Below are positions 25,165 to 32,000 of a stretch of DNA of 32,000 nucleotides, piece by piece. Made by a program: the position numbers and the translations under genes. Source of the stretch: Erysipelothrix inopinata (GTDB lineage Bacteria; Bacillota_I; Bacilli_A; Erysipelotrichales; Erysipelotrichaceae); NCBI RefSeq assembly GCF_014396165.1, contig NZ_CP060715.1:870001-902000 (forward strand), in the 5' to 3' direction. Under the pieces are notes generated by a model. It had not been told where the DNA came from. It searched no databases and was given only the letters and a program-made list of their open reading frames with translations. Position 1 is the first letter of the stretch; each line of letters starts with the position of its first letter.

Positions 25165-26907
25165 ATGAAGCTAATCCTTAGATATTTAAAGAAATATAAA
25201 CTCTTATTTTTCTTTAATTTGTTGGCTGTATTTTGCTTCGCGCTGGTAGAACTCGGAATTCCTACCATCATGGCAAATATGATCAACGTAGGTATCGCTA
25301 ACCAAGATATTCGATATATACAAAACCAAGGGTTACTGCTCTTAGGGATTGCAGTTATCGGGGGTCTCGGTACGGTACTTTTAAACTACACATCCAGTCG
25401 AATTGCAACACGTATTACACGTGATATTCGTTCGGATATGTTTGAAAAATCTCAAGAATTTGGTCATTCAGAATATAATGAATTTGGTGTATCTTCATTG
25501 ATTACTCGTCTTTCAGGAGATGTATACCAACTTCAATTATTTGTCCAAATGCTATTGAGAATGGGTCTCCATTCTCCGTTTATGATTTTGTTTAGTGGTT
25601 ATCTTATTTATAGAACCAACCCAACACTTGCTCTAATTATTTCATTGAGTGTACCATTTATATTATTGGTCGTTGTAATTGTTGGTAAATTAAGTGGTCC
25701 TTTAAGTCGTAAACAACAAAAACTTATGGATACATTAAGCCGAATCACACGTGAAAACATCACAGGTGTTCGTGTCATTCGTGCCTTTAGAAAAGATAAA
25801 TCTGAATCAGAACGTTTTGAAAAAGTTAATAAAGAATATGAAACAACAGCAAAACGTCTCTATCGTGTTATGGCACGTGCTGAACCATTGTTCTTCTTTA
25901 TATTAGAAATTTCAGTACTTGTTATTTTATGGTTTGCATCCGTTATGGTTTCAAAAGGAACTCTTGAAGTCGGATCAATCGTTGCGTTCTTGGAATATCA
26001 ATTCCACGCATTATTCTCATTACTCTTGTTCTCTGTAGTATTTATTCAATATCCACGTGCAGCAGTAAGTGCACGTCGTATCGAAGAAGTTCTTAACAAA
26101 GAACCAATGATTCAAAACCCAGAAAATGGTGTTCATGATGGTAATGGAATCACTGAAGTTGTGTTTGAAAATGTTGACTTTGCTTATCCTGATGGGGAAG
26201 CAAATGTTCTTACAAATATTAACTTCACTGCAAAAAAAGGTGAAACAGTCGCATTTATCGGCTCAACGGGTAGTGGTAAATCGACGTTAATTAATCTTAT
26301 CGTAAGATTCTATGATGTTACGAATGGTCGTGTCCTCGTAGATGGCGTGGATGTTCGTGAATACGATATCTATTCACTTCGTAATAAAGTAGGATTTATT
26401 CCTCAAAAGGCACTACTCTTTAGTGGAAGTATTTCGCAAAATATTCGTTATGGTAAAGAACTCGCTACATCTGAAGAAATTGAAGAAAGTGCACAACTTG
26501 CATCTGCAAGTGACTTTATTCATGAAAAACCACATCAATATGAAGAGTGGTTAAGCGAAGGTGGTAGCAACGTTTCAGGGGGACAAAAACAACGACTTAG
26601 TATTGCTCGTGCACTTGTTCGTAAACCTGAAATCTATATTTTCGATGATAGTTTCTCTGCGCTTGATTATAAGACAGATGCTATGATTCGAAAGAACCTA
26701 AAAGATGAAGTTCAAGATTCAATTATGTTTGTGGTTGCACAACGTATTAGTTCAATCGTTGATGCGGATCAAATAATTGTTATGAATGAAGGTAAAATCG
26801 TAGGTAAAGGAACTCACTTAGAACTTATGAAAGAGTGTCCAATCTATGTTCAAATTGCGAAATCTCAATTAAGTGAAAAGGAGATGGAACAGTATGAAAA
26901 ACTTTAA
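25165..26907 (+). CDS. ABC exporter permease/ATPase half-transporter, subunit with a degenerate ATPase site
   Basis: Start at ATG 25165 (TAGGAGGG RBS), not TTG 25147. Six-TM exporter domain. Walker A GSTGSGKST, signature VSGGQKQRL, Walker B IYIFDD (Asp replaces the catalytic Glu), H-loop AQR (Gln replaces His). Confidence 0.92.
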   Translation: MKLILRYLKKYKLLFFFNLLAVFCFALVELGIPTIMANMINVGIANQDIRYIQNQGLLLLGIAVIGGLGTVLLNYTSSRIATRITRDIRSDMFEKSQEFGHSEYNEFGVSSLITRLSGDVYQLQLFVQMLLRMGLHSPFMILFSGYLIYRTNPTLALIISLSVPFILLVVVIVGKLSGPLSRKQQKLMDTLSRITRENITGVRVIRAFRKDKSESERFEKVNKEYETTAKRLYRVMARAEPLFFFILEISVLVILWFASVMVSKGTLEVGSIVAFLEYQFHALFSLLLFSVVFIQYPRAAVSARRIEEVLNKEPMIQNPENGVHDGNGITEVVFENVDFAYPDGEANVLTNINFTAKKGETVAFIGSTGSGKSTLINLIVRFYDVTNGRVLVDGVDVREYDIYSLRNKVGFIPQKALLFSGSISQNIRYGKELATSEEIEESAQLASASDFIHEKPHQYEEWLSEGGSNVSGGQKQRLSIARALVRKPEIYIFDDSFSALDYKTDAMIRKNLKDEVQDSIMFVVAQRISSIVDADQIIVMNEGKIVGKGTHLELMKECPIYVQIAKSQLSEKEMEQYEKL

Positions 26908-28651
26908 GAAATTATTAGAATTTTTAGCTCCTTATAAAGGAAAACTCATCACTGCAATCATCTGCTTATTTGTTGCAGCTGTACTTACAGCGGCAGCACC
27001 GATGATTGAAGGGATGGTTACAACACAATTAAGTAATGATGTCCTGGCAATCAGTAAAGGTATTGAAGGCGCACATATTCAATTTGATGCAATTATTAAA
27101 ATTATGACCATTTTATTGATTATTTATATCGTCAATGCGTTATCACGTCTTGCAATGCAATATTTAATTTCTGATGCAATTCAAGCAACAATTTATGATA
27201 TTCGTAATGCTGTAAAAGAAAAGATGACGCGTCTTCCAATTCGTTACTTTGACGAACACTCTGCGGGAGACCTCATGAGTCGTATGGCTACTGATGTGGA
27301 AACATTATCGGGAGCACTTCAACAAAGTTTCTCGCAAATTGTTATGGCAGTTTTAGGATTAACCTTCGCTGTAATTATGATGTTTGTGATTGACTGGCAA
27401 ATTGCATTAGTGGGTATTACAATTATTCCTCTTAGCTTTATTGCAATTCGCGTTATTGGATCGAAATCTCGTATTCTTTTCTCTAAACAACAAAAAGCTT
27501 TAGGGGACTTGAATGGCGTTATCCAAGAAAAATTTACAGGATTTAACGAAATTAAGTTATATAACTATCAAGAGAATGCAATTGATGACTTCAAAAAAGT
27601 TAATAACACACTTTGCGAGAACGGATTTAAAGCTAACTTTATTTCAGGGTTAATGAATCCAACTGTTTCTATGTTAACGTATATCGTAATTGCGATTGCG
27701 GTATACATGGGGGCAATGCGTGTCTTAACGGGAGCGATGGCTGTTGGTGCCGTACAAGCGTTTATACGTTATATTTGGCAAGTAAACCAACCTCTTGCAC
27801 AAATGACTCAATTAGCGCCTACAATCCAAGGGGCGATGGCTGCTATGGATCGTATCTTCGAATACCTTGATGAACCTGATGACGTTTATGATGTTGAAAA
27901 TCCAGTTCAAATTGATAATTACCAAGGTTCTGTATCCTTTGAAGACGTCTACTTTGGATATGGACAACAACCAATCATTAAGGACCTAAGTGTTGAAATT
28001 AAACCAGGTGAAATGGTTGCGATTGTCGGTCCAACAGGTGCTGGTAAAACAACAATCATCAACTTACTCATGAGATTCTATGATGTAGATTCAGGATCCA
28101 TTAAAATTGATGGTATTGATGTTCGTGATATGAAACGTGATGATTTACGGTCACTATTTGGAATGGTACTTCAAGATACATGGTTATTCAGTGGTAAAAT
28201 TCGTGATAACATTGCTTATGGGAAACCTGATGCAATGTTAGAAGATATCATTGATGCTGCGAAACGTACCAACGTTCACCACTTCATTACAACCTTACCA
28301 AATGGTTATGATATGGAGTTGAATGAAGAATCTTCAAACATTTCTAACGGTGAAAAACAATTGATTACGATCGCACGTGCACTCTTAAGTGATCCGAAAA
28401 TCCTAATCCTCGATGAAGCGACAAGTTCTGTAGATACACGTCTTGATGCAATGATTCAAGAAGCTATGGCTGAGTTAATGAAAGGCCGCACAAGCTTTGT
28501 AATTGCTCACCGTTTATCCACAATTCGAAACGCTGACAAGATTCTAGTTATGCGTGATGGAAATATTATTGAAATGGGAAATCACGACGAGCTTATGGAA
28601 CAAAACGGATTCTATGCTGATCTTTATAACAGTCAGTTCCAAGATTCTTAA
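26894..28651 (+). CDS. ABC exporter permease/ATPase half-transporter, subunit with consensus catalytic residues and a degenerate signature
   Basis: ATG 26894 follows AAGGAGA and overlaps the upstream gene by 14 nt. GTG 26873 is the alternative start. Walker A GPTGAGKTT, signature ISNGEKQ (degenerate), Walker B ILILDEATS, H-loop AHR. Confidence 0.9.
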   Translation: MKNFKKLLEFLAPYKGKLITAIICLFVAAVLTAAAPMIEGMVTTQLSNDVLAISKGIEGAHIQFDAIIKIMTILLIIYIVNALSRLAMQYLISDAIQATIYDIRNAVKEKMTRLPIRYFDEHSAGDLMSRMATDVETLSGALQQSFSQIVMAVLGLTFAVIMMFVIDWQIALVGITIIPLSFIAIRVIGSKSRILFSKQQKALGDLNGVIQEKFTGFNEIKLYNYQENAIDDFKKVNNTLCENGFKANFISGLMNPTVSMLTYIVIAIAVYMGAMRVLTGAMAVGAVQAFIRYIWQVNQPLAQMTQLAPTIQGAMAAMDRIFEYLDEPDDVYDVENPVQIDNYQGSVSFEDVYFGYGQQPIIKDLSVEIKPGEMVAIVGPTGAGKTTIINLLMRFYDVDSGSIKIDGIDVRDMKRDDLRSLFGMVLQDTWLFSGKIRDNIAYGKPDAMLEDIIDAAKRTNVHHFITTLPNGYDMELNEESSNISNGEKQLITIARALLSDPKILILDEATSSVDTRLDAMIQEAMAELMKGRTSFVIAHRLSTIRNADKILVMRDGNIIEMGNHDELMEQNGFYADLYNSQFQDS

Positions 28652-28660
28652 TTTACACAA

Positions 28661-28695
28661 ACTTCCTTCTTTGTTTAGAGAAGGAAGTTTTTTTT
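28661..28695 (+). terminator. Rho-independent terminator
   Basis: acttccttct-ttgtttag-agaaggaagt perfect 10-bp stem followed by TTTTTTT. Confidence 0.8.
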
Positions 28696-28792
28696 ACACA
28701 TTCATAACATCACAATTCACTTTAGTAACGATATAGAAATTACATTTATAAGGAGTTGCTAAAATAGAGTCAAGTAAAGGGGAATATTGATT

Positions 28793-31700
28793 ATGAATAA
28801 ATTGAGTAAGTTTGGTATTACTAGTATTACTATTGCACTCTTAGCGTCAAATGCTTCAATTTATGCTCTAGAAGAAGATACGGATAGAGCTAATGTTGTT
28901 GTTCAAGAAGTTACAGGCGAAGTACAGCCAATCGAAGTTGATAATGAAACAAAATCTGAGGAAGTTGTTGTAGAGAAAGTTGAACCTCAAGAACTCACAA
29001 GAGTAGATGCACGCCATACCTTCAATGAATCAGACTGGAAGATCAATAAACAACAAGGCAATGTCTGGATTATAGAGGACTTAGAAAATAAGTCACTGAC
29101 AAATGTATATATCCCGTCAATTTATGATGATAATGGTACAGAAGTTCAAATAAAAATTAAATCACTCGAAATGTTTGTAATGAAAGGAAGTAACGATAGT
29201 AAAAGATTCCAATCGATAATCTTTGAATCTATTGCATCTCAGGATGATCCAAATTTTAAACCTTTAGTTGAAATTGAAGCCACAGACATTTCTAGATCTT
29301 TTTCAAATCATCCCGTTTTAACGAATGTGGAACTTGCTGGATTGGATGTCTCTAATGTTACAAAAATGACGTCGTTATTTTCAACTTCTGGGAGAATTAC
29401 AAACATAGATGTAACGGGTTGGAATGTATCTAATGTAAATGACATGTCTTATATGTTCTATAAGACACAATCTTTAAATCGATTAAACTTAGATGGATGG
29501 GATGTTTCTAAAGTAACCAATATGTCATATATGTTTGCAGAGTCGGACTTGTGGGAGTTGAATCTTAGTTCTTGGAAAACAACGGAACTTGAGAACCTCG
29601 AGGGAACTTTTTCATACACCACTAAATTAAGAACAATTAACTTAACGGGGTGGAATACCGAAAACGTAACCAACTTTACTATGACATTCGGTGATGCATC
29701 AGGTGTGGAAAAATTGGACTTGTCTAGTTTTGATACAAGTAATGCATTGACAATGCAAGCGATGTTCAGAAATACAGGATCTCTTCAATCGGTTGACTTA
29801 AGCAGCTTTGACACAAAAAAAGTGGAGAACTTCTCCTATATGTTTGCAGGGGCTCATGGACTTAATACTTTAGACCTCTCCACAATCACAACGGAAAGCG
29901 CAAAAACAACGGAATACATGTTTTTCAAGACAGAAGTGTTTACAAGAGTAAATGGTTACCCTGTGCCGGGAGAAATTGAAGTTGGTCACTTTGAAATGCA
30001 GAATGTCATCAATGCTTCTTCTATGTTTGAGAGTTCTAATTTTAAAAAGCTTAATGTAGCGGACTGGGAATTGGATAGCTTAATCTATGCAAATAAAATG
30101 TTTTCAAATATGAAGAACTTGGAACAAATTGATGTTTCTCAATGGAATGTTGATAATGTTGAATATATGTCACAAATATTCTCACATACATATCAATTAA
30201 AATACATTAACCTAAATTCATGGAAGATAAACGAACCACACCAAGCTCAAAATTTATTTTTCGTGAATCCTGGTGCTAAGCAACCGCTTGTGGTAAAGAC
30301 AACAGACCCGTATCTTCTATCGTATAATTATATTGGCGATAATCGATTAATGGTGGGTCCCACAAAACTTGCAATGAATGGAAAATTTGATGATGGTAGT
30401 ACATCCAAACGTTATTTTGACCGCTATACCATTCAAGAGGACTCAGAATTGTTGATTACAGCTAACGACTATAATTCTTTCATGTTAGATACTCCAACTT
30501 CAAATCTACCGCATACGATATTTAAAGAATGGAATCCTACATATACTACCAAAACTGAAGATACCGAACTTCTATCAGATTCTAGCGAATACAAAGCAAT
30601 TTATGAAGCTGAAAAAGTTAATGTGAAATTTGTAAATGATGGCACTGTAACGAATATTGAAACAGAATATAATCAGGCAGTTGATGGAGATTTAGTCCCA
30701 ATAACTAACAAGTTGGGTTACACATTTAAGGAATGGAACACTCAATTGAATGGCGAAGGAACATCATTTGATCCTGAAACAGCATTAATTACAGAAGATA
30801 TTACGGTTTACGCAATTTACGAAATTAATACATTCACAGTCACCTTTATTGATGGTGATCAATCGACGTCACTCAATGCAAATTACAATCAGACTGTAGA
30901 TAATGACCGTGTTCCCACAACCAATAAATCAGGTTACACATTCAAGGAATGGAATACTCAATTGAATGGTGAAGGAACTTCATTTGATCCTGAAACAGCA
31001 TTAATTACCGAAGATATGACGGTGTATGCAATTTACGAAATTAATACATTCACAGTCACCTTTATTGATGGTGATCAATCCACGCCACTCAATGTAAATT
31101 ACAATCAGACTGTAGATAATGACAGTGTTCCCACAACCAATAAATCAGGTTACACATTCAAGGAATGGAATACTCAATTGAATGGTGAAGGAACTTCATT
31201 TGATCCTGAAACAGCATTAATTACAGAAGATATTACGGTTTACGCAATCTATGAAATTAATATATTCACAGTAACCTTTATAGATGGTGAACAATCGACG
31301 TCACTCTATGCAAATTACAATCAGACTGTAGATAATGACCATGTTCCCACAACCAATAAATTAGGTTACACATTTAAGGAATGGAATACTCAATTGAATG
31401 GTGAAGGAACTTCATTTGATCCTGAAACAGCATTAATTAAAGATGATATTACGGTTTACGCAATCTACGAAATTAATACATTCACAGTCACCTTTATTGA
31501 TGGTGATCAATCGTCGCTACTCAATGCAAATTACAATCAGACTGTAGATAATGACCGTGTTCCCACAACTAATAAATTAGGTTACACATTTAAGGAATGG
31601 AACACTCAATTGAATGGTGAGGGAACTTCATTTGATCCTGAAACAGCATTAATCACAGAAGATATTACTGTGTATGCAATTTATAGTAGGAACAACGAAA

Positions 31701-31921
31701 TTCCAGAAGTACCAGAAGTACCAGAAGTACCGGAAGTGCCAGAAGATATTGATACACCGGATAACGAAGTTAATCTAGAGGTAGTGGAGGAAAATAATGA
31801 AGTACTTTCTAATCTACCAACTACTGGACAAGATAAGAATACAAACATTATAGTACTCGGAACATCAATAATTGTACTTGGTCTAGCACTTGTGGTATTT
31901 AAAAGAAAAAATACAAACTAA
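28793..31921 (+). CDS. BspA-family (26-residue / DUF285-type leucine-rich repeat) LPXTG-anchored surface protein with C-terminal Listeria-Bacteroides-type repeats, 1042 aa
   Basis: ATG 28793 with signal peptide MNKLSKFGITSITIALLASNASIYA. About 11-12 repeats of the W(N/D)VSxVTxMSYMF...L(N/D)L type (~29318-30260). Five 72-aa GYTFKEW repeats, a PEVPEVPEVPEVPE spacer, then LPTTG + TM + KRKNTN. Confidence 0.9.
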   Translation: MNKLSKFGITSITIALLASNASIYALEEDTDRANVVVQEVTGEVQPIEVDNETKSEEVVVEKVEPQELTRVDARHTFNESDWKINKQQGNVWIIEDLENKSLTNVYIPSIYDDNGTEVQIKIKSLEMFVMKGSNDSKRFQSIIFESIASQDDPNFKPLVEIEATDISRSFSNHPVLTNVELAGLDVSNVTKMTSLFSTSGRITNIDVTGWNVSNVNDMSYMFYKTQSLNRLNLDGWDVSKVTNMSYMFAESDLWELNLSSWKTTELENLEGTFSYTTKLRTINLTGWNTENVTNFTMTFGDASGVEKLDLSSFDTSNALTMQAMFRNTGSLQSVDLSSFDTKKVENFSYMFAGAHGLNTLDLSTITTESAKTTEYMFFKTEVFTRVNGYPVPGEIEVGHFEMQNVINASSMFESSNFKKLNVADWELDSLIYANKMFSNMKNLEQIDVSQWNVDNVEYMSQIFSHTYQLKYINLNSWKINEPHQAQNLFFVNPGAKQPLVVKTTDPYLLSYNYIGDNRLMVGPTKLAMNGKFDDGSTSKRYFDRYTIQEDSELLITANDYNSFMLDTPTSNLPHTIFKEWNPTYTTKTEDTELLSDSSEYKAIYEAEKVNVKFVNDGTVTNIETEYNQAVDGDLVPITNKLGYTFKEWNTQLNGEGTSFDPETALITEDITVYAIYEINTFTVTFIDGDQSTSLNANYNQTVDNDRVPTTNKSGYTFKEWNTQLNGEGTSFDPETALITEDMTVYAIYEINTFTVTFIDGDQSTPLNVNYNQTVDNDSVPTTNKSGYTFKEWNTQLNGEGTSFDPETALITEDITVYAIYEINIFTVTFIDGEQSTSLYANYNQTVDNDHVPTTNKLGYTFKEWNTQLNGEGTSFDPETALIKDDITVYAIYEINTFTVTFIDGDQSSLLNANYNQTVDNDRVPTTNKLGYTFKEWNTQLNGEGTSFDPETALITEDITVYAIYSRNNEIPEVPEVPEVPEVPEDIDTPDNEVNLEVVEENNEVLSNLPTTGQDKNTNIIVLGTSIIVLGLALVVFKRKNTN
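30617..31696 (+). repeat. Five in-frame tandem repeats of 216 bp (72 aa); the first is divergent and the last four are near-identical
   Basis: Units start at 30617, 30833, 31049, 31265 and 31481 (FTVTFIDG(D/E)QS...YAIYEINT). Confidence 0.9.
31703..31747 (+). repeat. 9-bp coding microsatellite (ccagaagta x3, plus two degenerate units) encoding (PEV)n
   Basis: ccagaagta at 31703, 31712 and 31721, then ccggaagtg and ccagaagat. Confidence 0.8.
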
Positions 31922-31934
31922 TACACACAAAGAC

Positions 31935-31964
31935 AGGAAACGTTGATTAGCGTTTCTTGTTTTT
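31935..31964 (+). terminator. Rho-independent terminator
   Basis: aggaaacg-ttgattag-cgtttctt hairpin followed by GTTTTT. Confidence 0.6.
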
Positions 31965-32000
31965 ATGGTGGAGCAAGATAGGTACTTGATAAGTTGGTGT

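Noticed and set aside
2279-29673. Antisense ORFs from the track (2279-2464, 4051-4260, 4325-4534, 15947-16135, 16627-16833, 19603-19803, 20115-20321, 21056-21322, 21569-21808, 21938-22165, 22211-22414, 22846-23043, 23245-23436, 24267-24497, 29458-29673)
   Set aside because: All lie antisense within, or straddle the ends of, strongly supported genes. They lack RBSs and recognisable motifs, so I treat them as shadow ORFs.

Overview
AT-rich chromosomal segment from a low-GC Gram-positive bacterium (Bacillota). LPXTG proteins with Listeria-Bacteroides repeats, a 26-residue BspA/DUF285-type repeat protein and a tRNA-Phe with G37 suggest an Erysipelotrichia-like gut organism, but that is only a guess. 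I support about 27 real protein genes, 2 adjacent tRNA genes (initiator Met and Phe), one likely unannotated 47-codon membrane ORF, two candidate leader uORFs, many intrinsic terminators and several promoter/operator candidates. Gene content is mostly housekeeping or accessory metabolism: an LtaS-like sulfatase-fold enzyme, DUF805, VOC, two GNATs, ABC-F, saccharopine dehydrogenase family, alpha/beta hydrolase, a PTS EIIC + DUF871/MupG-like + GntR/HutC locus, TrhO, MazG-like, PepV-like dipeptidase + YfcC transporter, and MerR + a heterodimeric ABC exporter. Two large wall-anchored repeat proteins sit near the two ends of the window. I saw no rRNA, CRISPR array, transposase, integrase, phage genes or recognisable defence-system genes. 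The best candidate for an undescribed system is the translationally coupled PadR-led three-gene operon (5903-8033, minus strand). It encodes two membrane proteins with unrecognisable extracytoplasmic domains and has a perfect inverted repeat over its own -10 box. An orphan two-TM protein is transcribed divergently from it. Other points worth follow-up: an ABC-F gene with a 9-codon leader uORF, inside a VOC/GNAT/ABC-F trio of resistance-type families; a strongly SD-driven 10-codon uORF upstream of the saccharopine-dehydrogenase-like gene; an orphan cellobiose-type EIIC coupled to a MupG-like gene with dre-like and cre-like sites; and near-identical 216-bp in-frame tandem repeats in both surface proteins. 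All functional calls come from motif and family recognition by eye. No database search was run.
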